Source: Rhodospirillales bacterium RIFCSPLOWO2_02_FULL_58_16
GTDB taxonomy: Bacteria; Pseudomonadota; Alphaproteobacteria; Rhodospirillales; 2-02-FULL-58-16
DNA: 64,000 nucleotides
Assembly: GCA_001830425.1 (NCBI GenBank)
Contig: MIAA01000016.1
Location: 236,015 to 300,014, forward strand
Direction: 5' to 3'
Below the pieces are notes generated by a model, which was given only the letters and a program-made list of their open reading frames with translations, made no database searches and was not told the DNA's origin. The position numbers and the translations under genes were made by a program. The first letter of the stretch is position 1. Each line of letters opens with the position of its first letter. Positions 1-9,185 of this stretch are shown one piece after another.

Positions 1-614
1 TACATGGCCTTGATTTTTTGAGTGTCATAAGCGGTCAGACCGACGAACACCAGCACGCCGACCACCGAAATCACAAAATGCATGGCCGAGCTTTGCAGGA
101 AGATGTTGACCACGCCGGCGATAATGATGCCGATCAGCCCCATGAACAGGAACGAGCCGAAACCGGACAGGTCGCGCTTGGTGGCGTAGCCGTAGAGGCT
201 CATGCCGGCGAAGGCGCCTGCCGTGATAAAGAACACCCTGGCGATGCTGGCGCCGGTGAACTGGATGAAGATGGATGCCATGGACAGGCCCATGACGGCG
301 CAAAACGCCCAGAAAACCATTTGAGCGGTCGAGGCCTTCATTTTGTTGATGCCGAAGGAAAGGACCATGATAAAGGCCAGCGGCGACAACATGACGACGA
401 AGGACAGGCCGGAGCCGAAGATCATCTGCATGGCCGTTTCCGACGATGCGACCCAGAGGGCGACTATGCCGGTCAGCGTCAGGCCGGAGGCCATGTAGTT
501 GTAGATGCCGAGCAGATACTTGCGCAGGCCGACGTCCACGCCGGCGTCTATGGCCTGGGCGGCGCTCATCCGCGCGGTTCGAAGTTCAAACTGGTTATTA
601 GGTTCGAAAGCCAT
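1..614 (-). CDS. BAX inhibitor-1/YccA family inner-membrane protein (3' end lies outside the window)
   Basis: My own minus-strand translation from the ATG at 614 gives MAFEPNNQFELRTARMSAAQAIDAGVDVGLRKYLLGIYNYMASGLTLTGIVALWV..., followed by multiple hydrophobic helices. This is the typical YccA/BI-1 N-terminus. It is missing from the ORF track because it has no stop in the window. The + ORF 18..635 is its antisense shadow. Confidence 0.8.
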   Translation of the reverse strand, partial: MAFEPNNQFELRTARMSAAQAIDAGVDVGLRKYLLGIYNYMASGLTLTGIVALWVASSETAMQMIFGSGLSFVVMLSPLAFIMVLSFGINKMKASTAQMVFWAFCAVMGLSMASIFIQFTGASIARVFFITAGAFAGMSLYGYATKRDLSGFGSFLFMGLIGIIIAGVVNIFLQSSAMHFVISVVGVLVFVGLTAYDTQKIKAM

Positions 615-743
615 GGGGAACACCTGTTCAAATAAAAAAGGCGGTTTCAACGAATATCATCATCCTTGATTAATATGGCACAAATGGGGCAAAACTCAAT
701 AGGCTTACCGGCGGCGCGCTCATCCGCGAGAAAAGGGTCGTAA

Positions 744-1943
744 ATGAAAAAAGTTAAAACTATCGACACCCTTGACCTTTCCGGAAAACGGGTGTTGGTG
801 CGGGCTGACCTCAATGTTCCCATGCGCAACGGCAGGATTACCGATTCCACCCGTCTTATGCGTATGGCGCCGACGGTAAAAGAACTGGTCGCAAAAGGCG
901 CGACGGTTATCGTTATATCCCATTTCGGGCGCCCCAAGGGAGTAGCGGCGGAGGGGTTTAGTTTGCGTCCCCTCGTCGAAGCCCTGAGCGGCGTGGTCGG
1001 GCGACCGGTGACTTTTATCGAAGATTGCGTCGGGGCGAAGGTTGAATGGGCCTTGTCGATCATGCCCGAGGGCCATGTCGCCCTGCTCGAAAATCTGCGC
1101 TTTCATCCCGGAGAGGAAAGGAATGCCGCCGGGTTCGCCGGTGGACTGGCCGCCCTCGCCGATTGCTACGTCAACGATGCTTTTTCCTGCGCTCACCGCG
1201 CCCATGCCTCAACTTCGGCCATTGCCCATCTGCTGCCCGCCGCCGCCGGGCGTCTGATGCAGGCGGAACTGGAAGCTCTCGGCAAGGCCCTGGACGACCC
1301 GCAAAGGCCGTTGGCGGCAATAGTCGGCGGCGCCAAGGTCTCCACCAAGATGGAGGTGTTGGGCAATCTGGCGGCCAAGGTAAATTTACTGATCATCGGC
1401 GGCGCCATGGCCAATACGTTTCTTCATGCCGAGGGGATTGATGTCGGCAACTCTCTTTATGAACATGATATGGTGGATTCCGCCCATGCTATAATGACGG
1501 CGGCAAAGGCGACAGGCGCCGAGATCATGTTGCCCAGAGACGCCGTGGTGGCGCTGGAAGGCGCGGCCGGCGTCGAGCATCAAACCGTATCCGTAACCGC
1601 CGTTCCCAAAAACGCCAGGATACTGGATATCGGCCCGGGGACGGCGGCCGCCGTAACCATGCGCCTGAGCCGGTGCCGGACCCTGGTGTGGAACGGGCCG
1701 TTCGGCGCTTTTGAGACGCCTCCTTTCGACGCCGGCACCAATGAAGTAGCCAGGGCCGTGGCCCGGATGACGATGAAGGGCGACCTGATCAGCGTTGCCG
1801 GCGGCGGCGACACCGTGGCGGCGCTGGCCAATACCGGAGCGGGAAGCTCCTTCACCTACGTTTCAACCGCCGGCGGCGCTTTTCTTGAGTGGCTCGAAGG
1901 CAAGGAATTGCCGGGCGTCAGCGCGCTGTACGAGGATAGTTAA
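744..1943 (+). CDS. pgk: phosphoglycerate kinase
   Basis: 399-aa ORF. 'LSGKRVLVRADLNVP', 'ISHFGRPKG' and the C-terminal 'AGGGDT' are hallmark PGK motifs. Confidence 0.97.
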   Translation: MKKVKTIDTLDLSGKRVLVRADLNVPMRNGRITDSTRLMRMAPTVKELVAKGATVIVISHFGRPKGVAAEGFSLRPLVEALSGVVGRPVTFIEDCVGAKVEWALSIMPEGHVALLENLRFHPGEERNAAGFAGGLAALADCYVNDAFSCAHRAHASTSAIAHLLPAAAGRLMQAELEALGKALDDPQRPLAAIVGGAKVSTKMEVLGNLAAKVNLLIIGGAMANTFLHAEGIDVGNSLYEHDMVDSAHAIMTAAKATGAEIMLPRDAVVALEGAAGVEHQTVSVTAVPKNARILDIGPGTAAAVTMRLSRCRTLVWNGPFGAFETPPFDAGTNEVARAVARMTMKGDLISVAGGGDTVAALANTGAGSSFTYVSTAGGAFLEWLEGKELPGVSALYEDS

Positions 1944-4033
1944 TTTTTGGAAGGCGCTTTATGCGGATTGCCGGGGCGTTGAATATTGGCGACCAGGGAA
2001 TCAAGCATTTCCCGTAATTGCTCCGATTGCGCTAAAAGCTCGGCAGTGATTTCCATGGCTTCGGTTGAGGACGCGGCGGCGATTGCAGAGGCGATTTCCT
2101 TGATCTCGCTGATGATGTCGGCGATATCCTTGACTGTCCACGTCGCTTGTCTGGTCGTTGCGCGGATAGCGTCGAAGCGCTGGCCGATGGCGTCGTCCTT
2201 GGTTTCCTTCAGCTTCTGGCCGACCGCTTTTTTGTAGTCGGCGGTTAAGGCGAGGAGGCTGCTGTCGGTCTCGCCGCGTTTAAGCTCGCCGGCGTCCGTT
2301 TGAGGCACAAGGAAATTCGTCTGGTTGGTAATGACGGCGAGCAGCGCGTCCAGTTCATTGATCTTGCCGGCGACATCGGCCAGTCCGTTGATCAGGGCGC
2401 CCGTTCTTTCGGCTTCGTAAGCCGCCTCCGAAACATTTTGTGATGATCGGGCCAGTTGCCGGCTGGCAATGGTTATCTGTGCCGACAGAGTGTCCGATGC
2501 GACGGGCTGCGGCTTTTCCGGCGTAAGCTGAGGCGTGGGCAGATTGACGACGGCGGCCTCTTTTTCTTTGCTTTCCAGGATGGATTTGGCTTCGTCGGCG
2601 GCTTTCGCCAGCTCGGCCTTGGTCGCTTCCAGATCGATGCGAAGCAACGCCGCTTCGATCAATGCCGTTTCGCCTTTCATTAATTCTTTTTTGGTTTCAT
2701 CAAGCTCCTTGCGCAGCGCGTCCGCTTCGGCGGCGGCGGCGGCGCTGTTTCCGGCCGTGCTTATATGGGTTTCCAGTTCCATGCGAAGCCGGGTGGCTTC
2801 GGCCATGGCGGCCTCGCCCTTTCTGGTTTTTTCGCTCGCTATTTCGAGTTCCGAGCGCAGTCGCTCTATTTCGGCAAGGGCATTTTTGTCTTCTTTATCC
2901 TCCCGGCGCAGGGCTTCGTCTGATCCCAATCGCAGTCTGGCCAGGGCGCGGGCGATGTCACCCGTTTCGTCCTTGTTGCCGAGCGCCGGAATGCCTACGT
3001 TTTTATTGCCGTCCGCCAGCGTTATCGCCGTTATTGCAATGTCTTTGACGGGAGAAATGATGGATCGCATCATGATCAGGCCGAACAACATGAGCGCAAG
3101 TACGATTGCCGCGCCGCCGGCCGGCAGCGACAGGCGATATAGTCTGCGAAGCTGTTGTTCTTCTTTGGACGCCTCGATCAGGTTGTTCCCGGCAAAAGTG
3201 ACAAGTCCGTTAATGCTGGGAGCGATATAGGCGAAGATTTCATCGAGACGGCTGATTTCCCTATCCCGCTTCAGCCGGCTTTTGGCGAAGGCGGTAATGC
3301 TGTCCTGATAGGATTTCAAAAGATTGCCGATCAACGCTTTATCTTCCTCCGGCAGTTTGGCGGAGGCGAGAAGGGCGGCAAACTCGTCGATGCTTTTGTT
3401 TAATTTCACTATGTCCTGCATCTCGCCGAGCCGGACGAATTCTTTTTCGTGCTCACGGATCGTCGCCAGCGATCCGATGAGAAGAGTTATCCTGGTATTG
3501 GCAATCCTGGATTCCACATTATGCGCCGCTTCCCGCAGCCCGTCGGCAAGACCGCCGGCTTTGCCGGTTACTCCTTGAGCGGCGACGGCATTGGCGAATT
3601 CCGCAGTGTATTGGGCGAGGCCTTCATTGATCGTGGTGATATGCTCCTTGATCGGCGCCGCCGCGAGCAGGGAATAAAGGGCGTTCAACCGGGCGGAAAG
3701 AAGGTCGGCATTTATCTTGTGGCTGTTGATGTGTTGAGGATTTTTGCGCAGGAAGAAGTCTTTTTCTTCGATGCGGATGTTCCAGACGATTTTCTCGACG
3801 GAAAAGATTGAATCAGCCAGTTCCCTGGATAACATCAAGCGGCTTTGCGCCGTCGAAAGCCTTTTATCGGCGATGAAAAGTCCGCCCGCCGCTGAAACAA
3901 GGGCAAAAACTCCGAACAGGAAAAAGAGAGTCGTGCGCACGGAAAGACGACCCCCGCCCAGAAAGGTCTTTCCTTCGTAATTATCCATAATGGAATCATG
4001 TAAATCGGGGTGAAGGTGGTTTCTTTTCGTCAT
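1940..4033 (-). CDS. HAMP-domain, methyl-accepting-chemotaxis-like membrane protein with a degenerate signalling tip
   Basis: 697-aa ORF with two hydrophobic segments and a HAMP-like stretch (SPVKDIAITAITLADGNKNVGIP...GDIARALARLR). A long Ala/Glu/Leu coiled coil follows. The C-terminal region resembles an MCP signalling domain, but the hairpin-tip consensus is not conserved. Confidence 0.7.
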   Translation of the reverse strand: MTKRNHLHPDLHDSIMDNYEGKTFLGGGRLSVRTTLFFLFGVFALVSAAGGLFIADKRLSTAQSRLMLSRELADSIFSVEKIVWNIRIEEKDFFLRKNPQHINSHKINADLLSARLNALYSLLAAAPIKEHITTINEGLAQYTAEFANAVAAQGVTGKAGGLADGLREAAHNVESRIANTRITLLIGSLATIREHEKEFVRLGEMQDIVKLNKSIDEFAALLASAKLPEEDKALIGNLLKSYQDSITAFAKSRLKRDREISRLDEIFAYIAPSINGLVTFAGNNLIEASKEEQQLRRLYRLSLPAGGAAIVLALMLFGLIMMRSIISPVKDIAITAITLADGNKNVGIPALGNKDETGDIARALARLRLGSDEALRREDKEDKNALAEIERLRSELEIASEKTRKGEAAMAEATRLRMELETHISTAGNSAAAAAEADALRKELDETKKELMKGETALIEAALLRIDLEATKAELAKAADEAKSILESKEKEAAVVNLPTPQLTPEKPQPVASDTLSAQITIASRQLARSSQNVSEAAYEAERTGALINGLADVAGKINELDALLAVITNQTNFLVPQTDAGELKRGETDSSLLALTADYKKAVGQKLKETKDDAIGQRFDAIRATTRQATWTVKDIADIISEIKEIASAIAAASSTEAMEITAELLAQSEQLREMLDSLVANIQRPGNPHKAPSKN

Positions 4034-4138
4034 GCCGTTCTCTTAAAAACTTATGTAACCCGGCGCCCATTATATAAAGAACTCCCGTGGAGTGTGGCTA
4101 TATTTTGCGTTTTGAGAATCCATTAACCTTTTTCGGTT

Positions 4139-4375
4139 ATGCTGGTCGCCATGAATGATACGTTAAATATAGCAAGTCAGTTGCTTTCCCGTCTCGGTAA
4201 CGATGCCGGTCGTCTTGGAACGGCCGGTGAAGCCGTCATTCGCGCCAAGGCGATTCCGCAAGGGATCACGACTGAAGAGCAAATAGGGATTATTCGCCTC
4301 AATCGGGCGGCTGCTTCCGGCGCGCCTTTCCGAAGCGACGCGCCGCGCGGATATTATTTGAACATTCGCGTTTGA
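4139..4375 (+). CDS. hypothetical small protein (weak call)
   Basis: It is the only ORF in the 400-bp gap between divergent genes. There is no clear Shine-Dalgarno sequence and I recognise no family. An alternative ATG lies at 4151. Confidence 0.3.
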   Translation: MLVAMNDTLNIASQLLSRLGNDAGRLGTAGEAVIRAKAIPQGITTEEQIGIIRLNRAAASGAPFRSDAPRGYYLNIRV

Positions 4376-4433
4376 CGTTTCCATCATAAAGCATCATTTT
4401 AGGGCGCTTCAGAAAGGGCGCCTGTCTGCCGTT

Positions 4434-4871
4434 ATGCGTTTTCATATATATTTTCCCGCTTTTATCCTGTCGTCATGCGCAGCCTTCGGGGCGAACGCCG
4501 CCGATCTGTGGATTGATGTAAGCGAAATGCGTTCCGGCAGAGGGGACGTGCATGTCGCCGTCTATGCCGATCCGAAAACCTTTCCGAGCAGCAAAGGCAT
4601 GATCGCCGATGTGATCGTGCCGGCTCGGGAAAAGGGGACGGAGGCGGTTTTTACCGGCCTGGCTCCCGGAACCTACGCGCTGGCGGCTTATCATGACGAA
4701 AACGGCGATCACGAATTCAATCAGATATTTTGGGGCCTTCCCATTGAAGGCTTCGGCTTCAGCAACGGCGCCAAGGTATTTTTCGGCCCCCCCGATTTTG
4801 AGGAAGCCGCTGTGAACGTAGGCGAGGGCGTTTCAAGGATCGGCATTGCCATGGATTATTGGCTTCAATAA
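4434..4871 (+). CDS. DUF2141-like secreted protein
   Basis: 145 aa with an N-terminal signal peptide. 'G.V.VAVY....FP' and 'DENGD.E...N..G.P.EG.GFSN' match my memory of the DUF2141 family. Confidence 0.7.
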   Translation: MRFHIYFPAFILSSCAAFGANAADLWIDVSEMRSGRGDVHVAVYADPKTFPSSKGMIADVIVPAREKGTEAVFTGLAPGTYALAAYHDENGDHEFNQIFWGLPIEGFGFSNGAKVFFGPPDFEEAAVNVGEGVSRIGIAMDYWLQ

Positions 4872-4875
4872 TCCT

Positions 4876-6162
4876 TCAACCGTACAGATACAGGCAGATC
4901 GCCATCGACCCGATAACTCCCGCCAGATCGGCGCAAAGGCCGGCCGCCAGGGCATGGCGGATGCGCCTTACGTTCACCGCGCCGAAATAAACGGCAAGCA
5001 CATAAAAGGTGGTTTCCGTCGATCCCTGAATGGTGCCGGCCAGGTAGCCGAGATAGCTGTCCGGCCCGATTGCCGGGTCGTTGACGATGGAAGCCAGAAG
5101 GCCGTAGGCCCCGGAGCCGGAAAGCGTCCGCATCAGGGCCATGGTCAGGGCTTCCGCCGGCAACCCCAGGGGAGTGGTGATTACCGACAAGGGAGTGACC
5201 AGCATGTCCATGGCGCCGCCGGCGCGGAACATGCCGACGGCGACCAGGATAGCAACCAGATAGGGGATGATGCGCAGCGCCACCTCGAAGCCGTCTTTGG
5301 CCCCTTCGACGAAGGCTTCGTAGACTTGAACCTTGCGCGCCGCGCCGAAGCCCAGAAAGCCGACCATCAGTCCGGGGATAATCCACGGCGCGATCTGATG
5401 ACCGTAGGCGATGGTCAGCGGGATCAGGGCGACCACCGCTCCCAGCAAGGCGAACGACGCCCATGTCGGATAGGCGGCGTCGGCGCCGCCGATGTCCGGG
5501 GAAACTATCGGCGGCGCGGTTTGAGGCTCGGCGGCGGACGGCGGCGCGCCCATGGGCCAATAGCGTTGACAGGCCTTGGCCACAATAATGGCGACAGCGG
5601 TTGAAAATATGGTGGCGAACAGCGTCGTCGGGATGATTCCCGCCGGATCATTGGAGCCGGCGGCTGCCCTGAGCGCGATCACGCCGGTCGGCACTATGGT
5701 GACGCTGGAGGTGTTGATGGCCAGAAACAGCACCATGGCGTTGGAGGCGACGCCTTTTACCGGATTCAGCTTATCCAGTTCCTGCATCGCCCGGATGCCG
5801 AAAGGCGTCGCCGCGTTGCCCAGTCCCATAATGTTTGCCGACAGGTTGAGGATCATCGCTCCCATAGCCGGATGGTCGGCGGGGACGTCGGGAAAAAGCC
5901 GCTGCATCAGCGGACGCATGGCGCGGGCGATGATCACCAGCAGGCCGCCGGCCTCAGCCACCTTCATAAGTCCCAGGAACAAGGCCATCACCCCGATCAT
6001 GCCGATGGCGAGGGTGACCGAGGCGGCGGCCGAGTCGATCATGGCGACGGTCAACAATTCCATCGGCGCTTTGGCGCCGTTGCCCGGATCAATCCAGGTT
6101 ATTTGATGAAATCCGGCGACGGCGAAGGATATCAGCACAATGGCGAAGAAGATGCCGTTCAT
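4876..6162 (-). CDS. nucleoside-recognition (SpmA/SpmB-like) membrane protein
   Basis: 428-aa polytopic membrane protein. The N-terminus (MNGIFF.IVLISF..A) and overall pattern match fused SpmA/SpmB nucleoside-recognition domain proteins. Confidence 0.78.
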   Translation of the reverse strand: MNGIFFAIVLISFAVAGFHQITWIDPGNGAKAPMELLTVAMIDSAAASVTLAIGMIGVMALFLGLMKVAEAGGLLVIIARAMRPLMQRLFPDVPADHPAMGAMILNLSANIMGLGNAATPFGIRAMQELDKLNPVKGVASNAMVLFLAINTSSVTIVPTGVIALRAAAGSNDPAGIIPTTLFATIFSTAVAIIVAKACQRYWPMGAPPSAAEPQTAPPIVSPDIGGADAAYPTWASFALLGAVVALIPLTIAYGHQIAPWIIPGLMVGFLGFGAARKVQVYEAFVEGAKDGFEVALRIIPYLVAILVAVGMFRAGGAMDMLVTPLSVITTPLGLPAEALTMALMRTLSGSGAYGLLASIVNDPAIGPDSYLGYLAGTIQGSTETTFYVLAVYFGAVNVRRIRHALAAGLCADLAGVIGSMAICLYLYG

Positions 6163-6174
6163 GGCCGGAAGCCT

Positions 6175-6684
6175 CTAATTATTTTTCTTTTTTCTCTCGT
6201 CGTCGTCGTCATGCCCATGATCATCGTCGTAGTTTCCATTGTCGGCGTCCTGGTGGCAGGAGACGCAGTCGGCGTTGGACTTGGCCTTGGTCGCTTTCAT
6301 CATAAGCGCGTAGTCGCCGCCCTTGTGTTTGCGTTGCCAGTGCGGCAGGCCGGTAATGCGCAGAGGCGTCTCATCCGTTTTTACGTTACGCATAATCTTG
6401 ACGCCGGCTTTGCTGAGGGTGACATCGGCCGAGCCTCCGGTCAGATAGCCGAGAATCTCGCGGCGGTCTCCTTCGTTCAGATTTGCCGATTCGCCGAAAT
6501 GATCGGATAGATTGCCCATCAGCAAAAGCCATGACCGTTGAGGCAGAAGCAGCGGTTGAAACGCCATGTGACAGCCGCCGCATTCGCGCTTGACGATCTT
6601 GTTGGCGACCGGCGGAATGCGATCATCGGCCTGCGTCGGCGCGGGGAGAAGAAAGAGCGCCGCCGCGATGACAAGGATGCGCAT
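6175..6684 (-). CDS. dihaem cytochrome c family protein (paralog 1, acidic His/Asp tail)
   Basis: Signal peptide and two CxxCH motifs (CGGCH, CVSCH). It is collinear with the neighbouring paralog. The C-terminus reads DDDHGHDDDDERKKKNN. Confidence 0.75.
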   Translation of the reverse strand: MRILVIAAALFLLPAPTQADDRIPPVANKIVKRECGGCHMAFQPLLLPQRSWLLLMGNLSDHFGESANLNEGDRREILGYLTGGSADVTLSKAGVKIMRNVKTDETPLRITGLPHWQRKHKGGDYALMMKATKAKSNADCVSCHQDADNGNYDDDHGHDDDDERKKKNN

Positions 6685-6695
6685 GAAGGTTGGTT

Positions 6696-7184
6696 CTATT
6701 TGCCGTCGGGAATTTTGGCGTTCCTGGCTTCGTAGTCGCCTTTAAGGGCGCCGACATGGCAGGATACACAGTTGTTTCTGGCCTTGATTCCCTCGCGGCT
6801 CCATACGTCGGCGGCGATGCCCTGGTGTTTGTCCTTGAAGCGCGGCGTATCAATGATCCTGAGCGGCGGCTCCTCGCGGTTAATGCCTTCCATGAAGGTG
6901 CGGCCGTTTTGCGAGCCGCTCATATCCGACGAGCGGCCGGTAAAATAAGACAGGATCTTGCCGACGGTTGCTTCATCAAGGCCGACTTCCTTTCCGAAGT
7001 GATTCTTAAGCCCCTTCATGATGGTTTCCCATGACTTGGCGGGAAGCATCTCCGGGTTGAACACCATGTGGCAGGAGCCGCATTCCTTCTTGACGGCGCG
7101 GTCAAACACCTCGATGAACGGCTGGCCGGCGGACGCCGACACGGCGATGATCGATAACATCAATGCCGGAAAGATTTTGTGCAT
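6696..7184 (-). CDS. dihaem cytochrome c family protein (paralog 2)
   Basis: Signal peptide and two CxxCH motifs (CGSCH, CVSCH). 'LPA.SW..IM.GL..HFG' is shared with paralog 1. Confidence 0.78.
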   Translation of the reverse strand: MHKIFPALMLSIIAVSASAGQPFIEVFDRAVKKECGSCHMVFNPEMLPAKSWETIMKGLKNHFGKEVGLDEATVGKILSYFTGRSSDMSGSQNGRTFMEGINREEPPLRIIDTPRFKDKHQGIAADVWSREGIKARNNCVSCHVGALKGDYEARNAKIPDGK

Positions 7185-7325
7185 GATTCCCCTCCTTGCC
7201 CTTCGATGAAAGGTTATCAGGTTAACGGCGGATCATTCAAGGCCGACTTTTTCGGAAGGTCGCCTGCGCCCGAATTCTGAAACTACTGGGAAATGACGGG
7301 GGATGGTTGTAGAACCGTATTCATC

Positions 7326-7994
7326 ATGATCGCCGCGTTTCTCAAAGCCATTGACCAGATAAGCGACAGGTCTACCCGTCGCGTGGTGTGGATCAGCCTG
7401 GGTTCGACGCTGGCCGTCTTTATCGGCCTGATGTTGGTCGTGATATTCCTGCTTTCCAGCACCGCCCTGTTCTCGTGGGGATGGCTGGAGACGATTGTCG
7501 ATTTCCTGGGCTGGCTGGCGGCGTTGGTAATCACCTGGTTTTTGTTTCCCGGCGTGGCCGGCGCCTTTACCGGCCTGATGCTGGACAGAGTCGCCGACGC
7601 CGTGGAGGCCCGTCATTACCCCGGATTGCCGCCGATCAAAGGGGCGTCATTCAGCGAGGCGTTGTTGTCGGCGGCTAAATTTCTTGTCATCATGATTTTT
7701 CTCAACATCTTTTTATTGGCGTTTCTGATTATCCCGCCGCTTTTCCCTTTTGTCTTCTACGGCGTTAACGGCTATCTTTTAAGTCGTGAATATTTTGCGA
7801 TGGTGGCCTTGCGCCGTGTCGGACTGGCGGAAGCGGAGAGATTGAGAAGGGCGCATCGGGGACAGCTTTTTTTCTCGGGCGTCCTGATCGCGCTGATGTT
7901 GACCATCCCGGTGGTTAATTTATTGGCTCCCATCGTCGCCACCGCCGCCATGATCCATCTTTTCGAGGGGTGGCGGTCGCAAGGGAAACACTAA
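7326..7994 (+). CDS. CysZ/EI24-family membrane protein
   Basis: Polytopic membrane protein. The N-terminus MIAAFLKAIDQISDRSTRRVVW is typical of this family. I chose the ATG at 7326, although the ORF is open from 7293. Confidence 0.68.
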   Translation: MIAAFLKAIDQISDRSTRRVVWISLGSTLAVFIGLMLVVIFLLSSTALFSWGWLETIVDFLGWLAALVITWFLFPGVAGAFTGLMLDRVADAVEARHYPGLPPIKGASFSEALLSAAKFLVIMIFLNIFLLAFLIIPPLFPFVFYGVNGYLLSREYFAMVALRRVGLAEAERLRRAHRGQLFFSGVLIALMLTIPVVNLLAPIVATAAMIHLFEGWRSQGKH

Positions 7995-8013
7995 GTCTTG
8001 AGGGGCAAGAAAA

Positions 8014-8625
8014 ATGTTCAAGAAAAATGACGACAAGGAAAGCCGGGACCGGCTTCAGAGCGAAGAAAGTTCCGGCGGCATCAGCGCGCCGCCGTTGAAG
8101 CCTTTTTCAAAAAAAGGGTCGCATCAACCCGCCAAGCAGATTTCAGGCGCCTCGTTCAGTCATGAAATTCCCAACCGCCCCGTCGACAGCCCGAACCCGG
8201 CGCGGCGCATGGAGCGGTCGCGCCCCGGCGACATGGAAAGTAAAAAACTGATTGTCGGCCGGGAGATTTGCCTCAAAGGCGAAATCACCTCCTGCGATAA
8301 ACTCGTGGTCGAGGGCCGCGTCGAGGCGGCGCTGACCAACGCCCGCATTATCGAAGTAGCGCCCAGCGGTTTTTTCAAAGGCAACGCCCAGGTCAAGGAG
8401 GCCGACATCAGCGGCCGCTTTGAAGGTGAATTGACGGCGGATGACAAGCTGACCGTGCGCAACGGCGGGAAAATCAGCGGCATCATCCGCTATGGAAAGA
8501 TCATCATCGAGGCCGGCGGCGAGATCGACGGCGAGATGGAGACCCTGGAGAAGCCCGCACATGGGGAAGATGAAGGGAAAGCGGCGTCGGGAATCAGGTT
8601 CAAGTCGCCGAATATAAATATATGA
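8014..8625 (+). CDS. bactofilin-family cytoskeletal protein
   Basis: Disordered N-terminus followed by a beta-helical repeat region (LIVGREICLKGEITSCDKLVVEGRVEA...GKIIIEAGGEIDGEM), as in bactofilins. Confidence 0.85.
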   Translation: MFKKNDDKESRDRLQSEESSGGISAPPLKPFSKKGSHQPAKQISGASFSHEIPNRPVDSPNPARRMERSRPGDMESKKLIVGREICLKGEITSCDKLVVEGRVEAALTNARIIEVAPSGFFKGNAQVKEADISGRFEGELTADDKLTVRNGGKISGIIRYGKIIIEAGGEIDGEMETLEKPAHGEDEGKAASGIRFKSPNINI

Positions 8626-9071
8626 GTTTTCGTCATGCCTTGTTGATCGCGGGACTCCTCGTCGTTTCCGGCTGTGCGTCGGGCGGCCCGCCGGAAGCGG
8701 CGCCGGGCGAGCCGTCAGCGACGGAAGAACCGGAACAAGAGCAATCCGTCGCCTCCGGGGCTACGCCGAAAGAGACCGCCGCCCGCAGGCCCGGACCCAT
8801 AGACGCGCCGGGCAAACTTGCCGGCCTCAGCGGCGAGCAAGTGGCGACCTTGCTGGGAGTGCCTTCCTTCAAGCGTCACGATTCGCCCGCCCAGGTTTGG
8901 CAGTACGGCGGCGAAACCTGTTTGCTGGATGTTTTCCTTTATGAAAATAAGGGCGGCGAAACCCTTACCGTGGCCCATTCGGAAGCGCGGGGCCGCGACG
9001 GCGCGAAAATTACGCACAAGGACTGCATAACGCGCCTGATCGAGAAAAAACAGAAGGCGGCGCAGGGGTAA
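8622..9071 (+). CDS. hypothetical lipoprotein, translationally coupled to the bactofilin gene
   Basis: ATGA start/stop overlap at 8622-8625. Lipobox LLVVSGC, then a Pro/Glu-rich linker and a small C-terminal domain. Confidence 0.65.
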   Translation: MSFRHALLIAGLLVVSGCASGGPPEAAPGEPSATEEPEQEQSVASGATPKETAARRPGPIDAPGKLAGLSGEQVATLLGVPSFKRHDSPAQVWQYGGETCLLDVFLYENKGGETLTVAHSEARGRDGAKITHKDCITRLIEKKQKAAQG

Positions 9072-9110
9072 ATCGGTTTTCGGATTATGCCGGCGGCCTC
9101 AATCATTTTT

Positions 9111-9185
9111 CCCTCCTTACCAAGGAGGGGTGAGGGGAGGTTGCTGCCGATACCCCCTCTAACTCCCCCTTAAAGCAAGGGGGAG
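9111..9185. repeat. two adjacent GC-rich stem-loops (CCCTCCTT-acc-AAGGAGGG and CTCCCCCTT-aaagc-AAGGGGGAG)
   Basis: Perfect 8-bp and 9-bp inverted repeats read directly at 9111-9129 and 9163-9185, between convergent genes. The CCCCTC/GAGGGG flavour recurs at 11.9 kb. Confidence 0.55.

Noticed and set aside
18-635. 205-aa + strand ORF at the left edge
   Set aside because: Its composition is low-complexity and rich in His, Asp, Gly and Arg. It lies exactly antisense to a convincing BI-1/YccA membrane protein on the minus strand, so it is a high-GC shadow ORF.
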